Assembly: GCF_028641065.1 (NCBI RefSeq)
Contig: NC_073408.1
Span: 12,462,001-12,526,000, forward strand
DNA length: 64,000 bases
Direction of reading: 5' to 3'
DNA from: Leucoraja erinacea
Taxonomy: Eukaryota
The notes below the pieces were generated by a model. The model ran no database searches and had not been told where the DNA came from. It saw nothing but the letters and a program-made list of their open reading frames with translations. Positions within the stretch are counted from its first letter, which is position 1; every line of letters begins with the position of its first letter. Shown in pieces: positions 38,180 to 50,244 of the stretch. Both the position numbers and the translations under genes were made by a program.

Positions 38180-38650
38180 AGTCTCTTGTCCCAGCCCAAG
38201 CGCCCAGTCTGACGCCGCAGATCCCGGCCAGGCTGTGTCTCGCCGCTGCATCCCAAGCGGCGGATCCAACTCATGGAAGGTGGTCGGTAAGTCCCGGACT
38301 TGGTGCACTTCGAGAGGATGGGCGATGGCAGCTTTGTCGGTATCAATGAACTGCGATTTATTCTGCACCAAGGCTCGACGACGGCGACAATATCCATCTA
38401 TCTATCTCACCGTGCAACAGATGAGGGAGAACCCACAGGACAACTTGCAGCTTCACGTTTAATCTGCAGCGTTAATGGGCATGTACAGTCAATATTAAAT
38501 AACGCGCATCCTCACTAAATGAAGTGGGAGGATAAACAAGCCAGGCGGAGCTCGACTCCTGGCCTCCTTGACGACATGTTTTTGCGACAATGCGGGAGGG
38601 AGAGGGCGAGGCCTGTTGCTAAGCAATGCCGGAGGGCCGATTGGCCGCCA
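38180..38650 (+). promoter_or_regulatory. CpG island / promoter of REXO2
   Basis: CpG-rich region immediately upstream of and overlapping exon 1; inverted CCAAT (attgg) near 38640. Confidence 0.65.
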
Positions 38651-38883
38651 TGCTGATGCTGCGTGGTCACAGGGCCGCTCTTAAAGCTAAGAACTTACCC
38701 CTTGTCACCGCCATTCAGTTTCCCCGCCGCAGCCATTTCACCGAGCGCTCAGTCGGCCGCCCTCACTCGCCTTCTCCTCATCCACCCTTCGCCTCTGGAC
38801 CGGCAGCTCGGCTGTTGCCCCGACGTTTGACCACCATGGCAGAGGAGAGTATGGCAAAGAGGATGGTCTGGGTGGACCTGGAG
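38650..38883 (+). CDS. REXO2: REXO2 exon 1, oligoribonuclease; long form from ATG 38650 (275 aa), short form from ATG 38836 (213 aa)
   Basis: gccgccATG then an Arg-rich presequence; accATGg then MAEESMAKRMVWVDLE (DEDDh ExoI motif); donor gag|gtaac. Another in-frame ATG lies at 38626. Confidence 0.9.
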
Positions 38884-39901
38884 GTAACTTGCTTTGCTGC
38901 TCGAAAACTCTTTCAATGCCAAATCTTTCGGTCAGCTTGGAGTCTGGAGAGCGAAAGCAAAGTTTCATCATCCAATTATTGCACAATTTGTAAAAATATT
39001 TATTGTACCCCGAAAATAATGTAATTGTTTCATTAAGTGGCTTTTCTTGAATCGTTCCGTGTTTTAATTACGTCACATTTAGGCACTCGTATTTGCCTTT
39101 CCTGTTTGACGGATTTTTGCATTTAATCTCATGGGAGAAAGAAATGTATATTTTTGCAGAGATGGGGTAAAGCTAAAACAGTACTGTATATAGTGTGACA
39201 TTGTTTAATTCCCCATTTTCTCAGTAGTAAAATCACAATGTATTTACTATAAGATCTCTTGAAAATGTTGACATTCAATTCAACAGTGATTTAAATGAGG
39301 GAAGATTATTACGCTTGGAACTGTTGTCCTGCATATGTAATGTGCCAGAGTCATATAAATTCTCCAAATTACTTTTATTGCTGGTGAACTGTTTAGTTGA
39401 TTATGGAGGTGTTCGATGTAAAATGGCCACATGGCACATGGCCACATTATTAAAAAGAACTGGGATATGAAAGTGAATTAAGAGAGAGTTAAACCTAAAG
39501 ATTCAAGGTATCTGCCCCAGTTGGAAAACTTTAGTGATGTACACAGCTGGGAAATTAATGAAGGAGATACACATGAGAAGTATCTATCCAGTTAAAATTG
39601 GTTAATGTACTGAGATTGTAAAATTGAGTAAGCACATTTTGCTCTGCACTGCAAATGAAACATTGGCATGTTGTACTTAATGCTGCAAATAGTGCTAATA
39701 ATTAAAGGATTAATATGATTATTTTTTTTGCTGTGGAGCTTGTGTAAAAGGATTACATGCTTGGAAGCATTTTTGGAAACTTTCTAGGTTATCAAAGGAG
39801 TATTACACTTTATAAAGATACTCATTGCCAATGTGTCTTTTACTATCAATCAAATCTTAATTTGTACTATGGTCTGATAATTTCCTTTTTTACCCAAATA
39901 G

Positions 39902-39985
39902 CTGACCGGATTGGATGTAGAAAAAGACAAAATCATAGAAATGGCTTGCATTATAACCGATTCAGAATTGAATATATTGGCTGAG
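39902..39985 (+). CDS. REXO2: REXO2 exon 2
   Basis: atag| ... |gtaagg, 84 nt. [28 protein letters not shown]. Confidence 0.95.
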
Positions 39986-40094
39986 GTAAGGTGCCTAAAA
40001 AATTGACAGGATTCACCTGATAATTGTGAAAGTTGTCAAAATTTGTATTTTTATTTAATTTAACACTGAATCTCTAGTATTTCTTTATTGTCAG

Positions 40095-40172
40095 GGTCCA
40101 CACTTGATTGTTAACCAACCAAATGAGCTCCTGGATGGCATGTCAGAATGGTGTGTGGAACACCATGGAAAG
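40095..40172 (+). CDS. REXO2: REXO2 exon 3
   Basis: tcag| ... |gtatag, 78 nt. GPHLIVNQPNELLDGMSEWCVEHHGK. Confidence 0.95.
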
Positions 40173-40899
40173 GTATAGTATTTCCCACTAATGTTTACAT
40201 TGGCAGTTCTGCACAGCAAACGTTAAAGTCTCTGCTCTTTTGATCCTGCAAAAAAAATTCTGCTTGCCTTTCAATGGAAGACGTATTACATTTTGTTTGC
40301 TATACTCTTACTTTGGTTTATATGTTGCTTTTAATGATTCGTCGTTGAAGTTCAAAAAAATAGAATTAAATCTTTTCTCTAAAAATTGAAATATTGTACT
40401 TCAACATTATCTTTGTACATTATTTAAACAGTTTTGATATCTTTGAAGGATTTTCTGTGATATCCTCTGTGGTATTGTGGACTAAATATCTTTTCACTTT
40501 TCAAAACTATTTTGAAGATCTTTATGAAATGTTGTTATTTGGCTAACCGACATCTTGATTTCAACTCTGTTCCACAAGGTAAATTGAAAATAAATTTAAG
40601 TAAATGTTTTTTGTGAAGTACAATTGTGATAATTGCCATTCTTTGTTTTTGGGGAGATAGAAATAGACGCATTTAGTCTTGCAACAAAAGCACAAATATT
40701 TGATTTCAATATCACTTTCCCAAGACAAGAAAATAAGGGCCTGAAGAGGCTACCATGCTATAAAGCCTAATTTTCCATTCAGTATGATCATTGCTTATCT
40801 TTGCCAGCCTCGACTATTGTGTCATTCCCCATACTCTTTGGTTCAGTCTTTCAAATATTGTCTCTAACTTAACGTGTAATCATATACATACTTTGCATC

Positions 40900-42618
40900 T
40901 GTTTTCACCAAGGAGAAAGACATTGAAACAGTGAGATCAGTGTGGAGAATACTAATATGCAAGGGCAGTTTGAGATTAAGAAGGAGGTACACTTCAAAAG
41001 TGGATAAATCCCAAGGACCTAATGGGATCTTTCCTAGATTATTAAGAGAGGAAGTTGCAGGAGCTTAGACAAAAATCTTAAAATTTTTAGTCAGATGGAT
41101 TCAGAACTGACATTGATAGAAGACAAAGGGTTATGGTAGAAGGACAATATTCAGGCTGCAGGTCTGTGACTAGTGGAGATCCATAGGGTCCTATGCTGGG
41201 GCCTCTGTTTGTGATGTATATAAATGTAGGCGGAAAGGTTACTAAGTTTACAGATGACACCGAGTATTGTGATAGACTGTAAGGAAGTCTATCAAAGTAT
41301 ACAGCATGATATGGAACAGTTACCGAAATGGCAGGTGCAGTTTAATCTGAGCAATTGTGAGATTTTGTACTTTGGGAGGCCAAATGTAAGAGGGACATAG
41401 GCACAAAATGCCCGAGTAACTCAGCGGGACAGGCAGCATCTAGAGAAGGAATGGGTGAAGTTTCAGGTGGAGACCCTTCTTCAGTAAGAGAGATATGGGT
41501 GTTTCTGTAAATACAGCAATCAGTAGTGAAACTGAAGGTCTCCATACTTCCAGGTTATTTTCCTGTTTTTTATGTAATATTCCCATTGTTTCATATCCTG
41601 TATTTTAAGTAGTATAAATCATAGTGTATAGCCAAAATAATGAGATGAAGCAAAAATAAATAAATCTGTTTTTACAATTAAAATATCAGATATGTCCCTG
41701 TGTTTTCTTGCCTGTTTTGTGACATTTTTCAAGTGGGATTTCATCAAATCCTTGGGCTAATTTATACCAGAACGATTACACAAATTTTAAATATTACATT
41801 TTGATCACAAATTAGTGCAAAAGGATCATGGGTGGGCCAGTTTTTAATGCTGTGGTATTTTGTTATAATTTAATAACTTTCAAATTTGGCCACCCATGTC
41901 GCAGGTTGCTATCTTTATTTATGGAAACGCCCATATACAATTAATGACATTACCCTTAACGGCATTGATGTACAGAGGAACCTTGAGATCCAAATTCCTA
42001 ACTGCAAAAAATGACAATACAAGTAGAGTGGTAAAAGAAGGCATATGGTATGCTTGCCTTTGTTCATCAGACCATTGAGTATTAGAATCGGGGATCCAAC
42101 TCTATAAGACTTTGATTAGGCTGCAATTGGAGTATTACGTACAGTTCTGGTTGCCATGTAACAGGAAGGATGTGGAGACTTTAGAAAGGATGCAGAGGAC
42201 GTTTACCAGAATGATACCTGGATTAAGCTACATGGAGAAGTTTGACAGACTCTGATTGTTTACTCTGGAATTTTGAACGTATTAAATTTTGATCAAATTT
42301 TCAGGGAGACTTAATAGACGAATATAGATAGTCAGAACCTACTTACCAGGAAGGAAATATCAAATACTAGAGAATATAGCTTTACGGTCAAAGTTTAAAG
42401 GCGATGTGCAGGGCAAATTTTTTTTGCAGTGTGGCGAATGCTTGGAACGTGATTCCAGGGATGGTGGCAGATCATGGTGCTTTTAAAAACCTTTGGATAT
42501 GCATATAGATATATGGGGCTGGAGGGATGCTGATTATGTGCAGAAAGATAAGGGTTGGTCTTTTTCACAAACATTGTGGGCCGAAGGGCCTATTCCTGCG
42601 CTATTCTGTTCTATGTTA
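40900..42618 (+). mobile_element. Old fragmented CR1 LINE in REXO2 intron 3, with a Penelope insert at about 41400-41485
   Basis: Decayed RT motifs (aagtttacagatgacacc, similar to FADD; ggagtattacgtacagttctgg) and tail ctgttctatgtt. Interrupted by unrelated sequence at about 41500-41960. Confidence 0.6.
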
Positions 42619-42897
42619 TAATAACTGGAAGCGCATATCTTTATTACAGGAAAATCCTGGCCTTTGGCGTGGGTTTGGTGTAAAAAAATAATAGAAATGG
42701 ATATTGAATGTTAATTTTAGTATCAACTGTACAAGGTTTGTTCAGTTCACTGATGTTTAAAAGTTGCCACCGAACCATGACGTTGCTGTGGCTGTAGGTT
42801 TGATTGTACCAGTGAATAACTATGAACTTTGCCAAGAATTTGTACTTTTGCCTTTGAAACAGTAAGTATATATACTTTGTGATTTATTTCCTTTTAG

Positions 42898-43009
42898 TCG
42901 GGTCTCACACAGGCAGTGAAGGACAGCAAAATCAGCCAGCAGCAAGCAGAATATGAATTCCTGTCCTTTGTACGTCAGCATATCCCTCCGGGCCACTGTC
43001 CTCTTGCAG
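42898..43009 (+). CDS. REXO2: REXO2 exon 4
   Basis: tttag| ... |gtatgt, 112 nt. [37 protein letters not shown](G). Confidence 0.95.
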
Positions 43010-43124
43010 GTATGTTTGGGCAGTTAAATTATTCTCTAGCTTCCATGGGTGTTCTTATTCTGCAGTGCCCATTGTTTCATTTATTTAAAATAAGTCTGCA
43101 ATTAGAGTAAATATGAACTTCATA

Positions 43125-43850
43125 ATCATACTTTATTAGCCAAGTATGTTTTGCAACATACAAGGAATTTGATTTGCCATATAGTCATACTAATAAAAAG
43201 TAACAGATCACACAAATTACATTTTAACATAAACATGCACCACAGTGACTCCTCCACATTCCTCGCTCTAATGGAAGGCAAAAAAAGGTTCAATCTCTTC
43301 CCTTCTTTGTCGTCCAGCGGTCAGGGGCTTCGAGCCTTTCGTTGACGGGACAATCTTACTCCCTTAGCCGGAGGCGGGCCTCCTCGTCGGGGCGATCAAG
43401 CTCCTGCATCAGGAGGGGGGAGAAGGAGAATCTCTGCTCCCCTGGGCTGGGTGATCTGACGGTCTAGGCGAGTCGAACGTTGTGCGGTTTTGGAGCTTTC
43501 CGACGTCAGTCTCTTACCCGAGACTGCAAGCTCCTTGATGTTAAAGTCCGCAGGCCGCGGTTGGAGCATCGATCCCAGGCAAGGGATCGGCTCCGATGGC
43601 AAATCCATGTCCCCGCGGTGGGGCTCAAAGTCAGTCCCGAGCAAGGCCTCCAGCTCCACGACGTTAGGCCGCATAGCGACCGGAGATACGACCCGGAAAA
43701 CAATCGCATCTCCGGCAAGGTAAGAGATTGAAAAAAACGTTTCCCCCTGACCCCCCCCGCCCAACCCCCACATAAAACAAACCAGAGGACATTAACACAT
43801 ACTTTTTAAACACACTAAAAATAACAAAAAAAAGACAAAGGACAGACAGA
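43125..43850 (-). mobile_element. GC-rich non-autonomous retroelement with Rex1-like tail
   Basis: Minus-strand tail ggcaaatcaaattccttgtatgttgcaaaacatacttggctaataaagtatg; matches the 3' end of 4965-5316. Confidence 0.65.
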
Positions 43851-44186
43851 TTCTTCAACTCTTCAAGCAATCAAGACAAGGAATCACATGGGTAGTAAAA
43901 GAATTGTCTTGTGAAATAACTTTTCACTTCAAGGCATAGCCCTTCTCAAAATGTTTAATGTCAGAGTAATTCTAAAATGAATGTTTGGAAGAACCTATGA
44001 TTTTGAATTCTGACCATCCTCCCTGTGCTCAGTTTGAGTGAGTAATTGGTCAGTTATTTTTAAAATTACATTAGATTCTCAGAATTGCTGAGATATGCTG
44101 TCACATGGTACATGTCTTTCAAAAGGAGTGGAAAGTTCAAAGGGATGAAGTGCAACAGCAGAAAATTTTATGTTTTTAACTTGCAG

Positions 44187-44295
44187 GAAGTTCAGTCCAT
44201 GCTGACAAAAAATTTCTCGACAAGTATATGCCACAGTTCATGGAGCACTTGCATTACAGAATAATTGACGTCAGCACCATCAAGGAATTGTGCAG
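44187..44295 (+). CDS. REXO2: REXO2 exon 5
   Basis: gcag| ... |gtaaa, 109 nt. (G)[35 protein letters not shown](R). Confidence 0.95.
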
Positions 44296-45093
44296 GTAAA
44301 ATTTTACAATTGCCAATTGCAGATCATCGCTGCAAAGTGTGGTGCTTACAGCTGCACATAAACTAAGACCATTCAGGTTGCAATTGATGGCTGTCAATCA
44401 AGCCCTTGCCATACTGACTTATCAAGATCCTTGATAAACATTAATTTCTTGTTCACGGATAGACTTTTAGCCCCTTAAGCCTATTCCTATATTCTTTAAA
44501 CCAAAGCTAGTATATGCCATAAATCCATCCACTTGCCATGCTTCCGTATCAAACAATCTTATGTGATCTAGAAAAAACTTCTAATTTTAAAACTTAAACT
44601 TTTTGTGGGGGAGTTTAGTCTTAAGTGGTAGGATGTGGGAGGAAAACAGATCACCTGATAGAAACCCACAGTGAGAATTTGTAAACTCCACACAGAGATG
44701 GAACCCCAGGTTAGCATCGAACCTTGGTGTCCCATCATGTGAGGCAGTGGCTCTACCAGCTGCACCACTGTGCTGATTTTTGTAATAGATGTTTAAATTA
44801 ACCAGTCTGGTTTTCTTGCTTCCTGAAAGTATAACACATCTGCCATTTTTTCCCTAATGTAAGTGGTAGTATTGGTCAAGGACTTCTGTACTTGCAAATT
44901 CAGCAAAATATGGTGCTTTGAGAGTAACATTGACACTTGGATTTCATAATTCTGTCTCATTTTTATTCAGTAGTACTTTTTCTATTTTATATTTAAAAAA
45001 AAAAAACCCTGTTTATCTCTCCTGTTCCATCAGTTGGCGTTGTTCCTAAACCTGATTTAGGTTTGATAGAACTAAGTTCATGTTTTGTTTTAG

Positions 45094-45147
45094 ACGCTGG
45101 TACCCAGATGAATTTGAAAATGCACCAAAGAAGAAATTTTCCCATAG
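45094..45147 (+). CDS. REXO2: REXO2 exon 6
   Basis: tttag| ... |gtaagt, 54 nt. RWYPDEFENAPKKKFSH(R). Confidence 0.95.
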
Positions 45148-45258
45148 GTAAGTAGTACCCACATTTACTATTTGAATAAATGCATTAGAGCAAGTTTGTT
45201 TGTTTGTTTAAAATGTTGCCTCTTTAATCAGTTCAAACAATACTGATGTAATACTTAA

Positions 45259-45512
45259 GGGCGGCACGGTGGTGCAGCGGTGGAGTTGCTGCCTTACAGC
45301 GAATGCAGCAGCGGTGACCCGGGTTCGATCCTGACTACGGGTGCTGTCTGTACGGAGTTTGTACGTTCTCCCCGTGACCTGCGTGGTTGTTCTCCGAGAT
45401 CTTCGGTTTCCTAGGTTAATTGGCTTGGTAAGTGTAAAAAAACAAAAAAACAAATTGGCCCTAGTGGGTATAGGATAGTGTTAATGTGCAGGGATCGCTT
45501 GTCAGCACGGAC
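45259..45512 (+). mobile_element. tRNA-derived SINE in REXO2 intron 6
   Basis: A-box tggtgcagcgg, B-box ggttcgatcc (45322-45331), conserved body. Confidence 0.85.
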
Positions 45513-45957
45513 TTTATTTTTGCTTTCTGAAACTATTTAAAGGTTTGGGAGCTGGACAAATTCATTCCACTGCTTTTATATTATAATGTATTGTGAATTT
45601 TGGATAATCATGGTTATCTTTGCTCTGTGATATTATGGTTTTTGCTTTATTTTGCAGGAAGGCAGAGTCAAGATAACATAATTGGGGCATTGAGTGTAAA
45701 AAGATGAAATTAATAATGTAATGGAAGGGCTGTGCTTAGCTGAGTGCAGAAATGATGGGAGGGAAAAGGGGGAATATGATAACTGCCTAGAATGTGATGG
45801 CTTTTTAGTTAAAGTAAATTTTCAAAAGTTGAAAGTACCAATCTTGTGTAATCTTGAGTTTTTGGAATTTAGATTTTTTTGAAGCATATTACTTTTCTTT
45901 CAAGAACTCCCCTAAAATGTTATTACTACATTAACTAATTCTGGTTTAATCTTTCAG

Positions 45958-46114
45958 AGCGTTGGATGACATCCGTGAGAGCATCAAAGAGCTGCAATAT
46001 TATAGGATGCATGTATTTAAAGAAAGCAAAGCAGAGGAGAAGAAAAGAAAAACACACTTCGAAAATGGTGATAAAACCAAGCGAGAGAGTCTGAATCAAG
46101 AGGCTAATAACTAA
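45958..46114 (+). CDS. REXO2: REXO2 exon 7 (last coding)
   Basis: ttcag| acceptor. ALDDIRESIKELQYYRMHVFKESKAEEKKRKTHFENGDKTKRESLNQEANN*; HRALDD is the ExoIII motif and KKRK is NLS-like. Confidence 0.95.
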
Positions 46115-47590
46115 GAGACACAAACAGCTCTCCCAACTTATCTGAAATGTCCATTTGCCCAATACTTGCTTAAATATGCAATATGATTAGTGACAGATAA
46201 AAGCAACGACTAAACCTGCTTCTGTTTAGTCTTGTTTCAATTGTTTTTCTGAGCAATTGCTATGAAACCATAGTAATTAGCTCTTTTCTGTTTTAACTGG
46301 AACCTTTAACTTTTAGACGTTAGCAGTTGTATAATTTAGAACACTTGCTTTAAATTTGAACATTGCATAAATCTTGCATCAACTAATTTTCAGGGAGAGG
46401 TGGTATTTCGTTAAGCTACAAACTACAAAGAGTAGTGCATGCTCAGTGACTTAGGTTTTTTTTGGCTGATCCCAAGATGCTTTATTTTTTTAAATCATGT
46501 GTTGACCATGGATAAGGACATGTTCTGCTTACTGGAGCCTTTTACATTAATGGTTTCACTCGGCCTCAGCTTTGATATATGCCATGTAACTTAAAGAAAA
46601 AAACGTTAAATGTAAACCATTTTTATTCTGAATTAAACTCTGTAATAACAAATAGTGTATGTGGGCTTGACTATCACACTGACTATGTAAAAAAAATATA
46701 CAACGAAAAACATGAACTATAAATTGTAAGATTTGTGTCCAACAGGTTGGGAAGCATTTTATGTTGCTGTTTCAGCTTAATGACCTTTTGTCAGAAGCAA
46801 TATTACTTAATTATGAACTAACCTCTTGTGGACAAATATATCAATATTTTTAAGATAAATACAAGGTACATGAATCTTTTGGGAAACATTTTATTAAAGG
46901 ATTTGGAAGTGGGTGGAAAGTATCATTTGAGAGAATATGACCCCATAATAGCATGTCTATTTTTCAATGTGGCCACTGGTGTGAAAGCACTATAGTGCAA
47001 CTAGTTTCCTAATTTAGTGGCAGTTAGTTGGAAATTAATTGTATCAACGCATGTGAATGGAATGATTTAAGCAATTTAAGTGCCAAAACATTATCTTATC
47101 GGTAGGCCAATAATAAAATGATGTACTGAGGCGTGAAAGATAAGTACTTTCACTACTAAAACTCTATCTCTTGTGGTTGATGCAGTGAAAAATGGATGAA
47201 ATATTTTGGGTTTGTTCTCCCACTTCTATTTTAGTTTCATACTTTATTCTCGCATGTACGAATTTCTTAAACTATTGCAATAGTTGGAATTTCCCTCAGC
47301 AAGCCCGAAAACTGGAGAAAGAACAAAGGGAATGGTGATCTGCACAAGTTTTAAACCTATGCAATTTTTATTTATAAGCTCTGTTGCAAAATTACATTTT
47401 AAAAGGTTAATTTGACTCCAGCTTCCCACGGTCACGATCCACCATCAATAGGCAAAAGCTGCAATGAGGAGTAGATAGTATAACAAAATAGAATGTACTC
47501 TGCAAGCTGAAATTCCTTTAAAGTTGAGCAATGTTTTGGTTCCATAATGTCAAGGATTTTCGTTCATATCTCCCTTACAACAACATTGTG

Positions 47591-47673
47591 TTGATTAAAT
47601 TAAATCATAAGACCACTTGTTATTTTAATTGAAGTTAAATTGAAATAACAAGTGGTCTTTTCAATTTAATTAA
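47591..47673. repeat. AT-rich inverted repeat (22-bp core stem, 7-nt loop)
   Basis: aagaccacttgttattttaatt (47609-47630) / aattgaaataacaagtggtctt (47638-47659). Confidence 0.85.
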
Positions 47674-47859
47674 CTTAAATTTTAAGTAATAAGCAGCTTT
47701 ACATTTATATTGTTCATGCAATTTAATTGCAGACTAAGCAAAACATGCACAAATTTGATTTTTCAATATGTAGACCTTGGAATAGGCATCCATTTTTGAG
47801 AGTACAAACTGTATTTCCAAAGTATATTAGGAAATGTAGCTGTATTCTGTGTGGTTCTA

Positions 47860-48095
47860 CAGTGGCAGGCCCTCCGTTTCCATGACGATGGCAGCCTGGC
47901 CCAGGGCCACAGGCTTCACTCGGCTCAGCGGCGCTCCTCGGGTGAAAGGAGCCTACGTTATATCTCCGAAGGCGAAGCTGCTTCTGCGAGGGACGGAGTA
48001 GGTGCAGGGACGTCGCCGCCCTCGGTGAGAGCGAAGTCGGCCCGAGCATCGGTTTTACTTGTTCAGGGCATGAAGGCCGCGGATTGTGGCTGCAA
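47860..48095 (+). promoter_or_regulatory. CpG island with putative non-coding exon 1 of the AAMDC-like gene
   Basis: CpG cluster with candidate donor ctcg|gtgaga at 48024/48025. The first coding exon at 53522 has an acceptor, so an upstream exon is required. Confidence 0.55.
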
Positions 48096-48269
48096 ACTGT
48101 CAGCTCACAGATAAACAATTGAAGGAAATTAAATGTGAAATCGGCCCTCAGTGTTATGTTGCTGGCTGCCACGTCAGATCTGGGCAGTGCATGAAACCAG
48201 CAATGGGAGTTGTCCAAGTGTGACAGTACCTTTAAAACTGCGGTCTTCTGTTTTACTAAGTCGTTCTGC

Positions 48270-49158
48270 TTCGGCATTGCCAGAATGCTGCCTGGATTAG
48301 GGGGTATTTGGCTCAGGGAGACGTTGGACAGACTTGAATTGCTTCTCAGGAGTGTTGAGTTTGAGGAGCGTTGGACTTGATAGAAGTATATAACATTCTG
48401 AGAGGCACAGATTGAGGAGACAGGATCTTTTCCCCAGCATGGAAAATATCAAATACAGGAAGGCATAGCTTGAAGGTGAGAGGAGCAAAGTTTAAAGGAG
48501 ATGAGCAGGGCATTTTTTTTACACAGAGAATGGTGGGTGCACTGGAATGTACTAGCAGGCGTGGCAGCACATTTTAGGGTGGCATATTGGCTCAGCAGTA
48601 GAGTTGATGCCTTATGGCGTCACAGACCCTCGTGCTGTCTGTACAGGGTACACGAAAATGCTAGAGAAACTCAGCGGGTGCAGCAGCATCTATGGAGCGA
48701 AGGAGATCGGTAACGTTTCGGGCCGAAACCCTTCTTCAGACTTCACGCTGTCTGTACAGAGTTTGTACGTTCTCCCTGTGACTGCTTTGGTTTTCTCTGG
48801 GTGTGCTGGTTTCCTCCCACATTCCAAAGATGAAAAGATGTACTGGTTTGTAGGTTAATTGGCTATGTAAAAAAATTGTAGATGGTCCCTGGTGTTTAGG
48901 ATGGTGTTGGTGTACGGGGTGATCGCTGGCTGGCTCGGACTAGGGTTGAAGGATCAGTTTCTGCACTAAAGTCTAAAGAGTGGTGCTGGAGGCAGATAGG
49001 GTAGTGGTGTTTTAAGAAGCGTTTAGATAGACACATGGATATGCTGGGAACTGAGGAGTATGGATAATGTGTAGACAGATGAGATTAGTTTATCTAGGCA
49101 TGATATTTGGCACAAACATTGTGGGCTAAAGGGCCTGTTCCTGTGCTGTTCTATGTTC
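48270..49158 (+). mobile_element. CR1 3' fragment containing a SINE (about 48578-48975), which contains a Penelope repeat (48647-48746)
   Basis: Triple nesting. The innermost insert has a 13-bp TSD gctgtctgtacag (48634-48646, 48747-48759) and an intact minus-strand hammerhead core at 48712-48739. Confidence 0.75.
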
Positions 49159-50244
49159 AGTGCAGACATGTGGTGTCATAGGGATATTTCTCTTTTGCAG
49201 TCAATGGCTTTTGGATCAAGTTTTCATTTGGATATCGGAGGGAGCTAAAATTAACTTCCAGCTGGGATTAAAGTGTAATTTTGTTTCTGCATTTAATGCA
49301 TGTTCTGCAAAAAAAATGTGGGATTATCCCTGAGTAATACTTTGATACTTCAGTGGAGTCACATTCTTGAGGCTGAACAACTAAAGCCGGGCAACCTCTG
49401 TGAGAAAATCTATTCCTTTTCAGAAACCGCTTAACATACTGAGTATGACCTTGACCCTGATTTGAGCATTTAAAACTAACTTGCCTTAAACAGTATAAAA
49501 TCTGAAGGTGAATAAGAAGACCATCTTAAGTTTGAACCATATTATGATGTTCTGGTATTTTCAGTCTCAGAAAGATACAGCATAAAACGGGTCCCTCAGC
49601 TAATCAAGTTGTGCTGATCATCAACCATCTGTTTGCATTAGATAATCCTGCATTAATTCAATTTATTTTCTTTCCGCATTCACTGCAAGGCAGGAAAGGG
49701 GTACTGATTGGGGATGATCAGCCATGATCACATTGAATGGCGGTGCTGGCTTGAAGGGCCAAATGGCCTACTCCTGCACCTATTGTCTTTTGCCTATATT
49801 TTACTACTCACTGACACATTATGAGTGATGTACAGTGACCAATTAACATACTAACTAGCACATCTTGTGATATGATAGGAAACTGGAGCACCCAAACAAA
49901 ACACTCAGTCACAATTGGAATATGCTAACTCCACACATAATACCAAAGGTCAAGATTTATCCCTGGTCACTGTGAAAAGGTAGGTCTATGAGATGTGGTG
50001 CCCAACAGCATTCAGTCTACGCTGACAACACCATCACATTTTAAAGTGGTGCGTTTTAGTTATAAACATCCCATCCCAATTTACCTTTCATATTGGGATA
50101 AATTTAAAGTGGCAAATGAACCACATGCTGGTTCAAGCAGAGGAAAGCCACAAGCTAGGACTGGCAAACTGCATACAGACAGTACTGGAGGTCAGGATTT
50201 TGATTGAGATTCTGATTAGTTCATTGCTCCATGCACCAGGGGTC

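Noticed and set aside
45259-45335. tRNA gene
   Set aside because: A/B boxes continue into a SINE body repeated many times in the window; no full cloverleaf or oligo-T terminator.
47723-48277. 184-aa minus-strand ORF
   Set aside because: Spans the GC-rich AAMDC promoter region and AT-rich flanks; no domain similarity, so likely a chance ORF.
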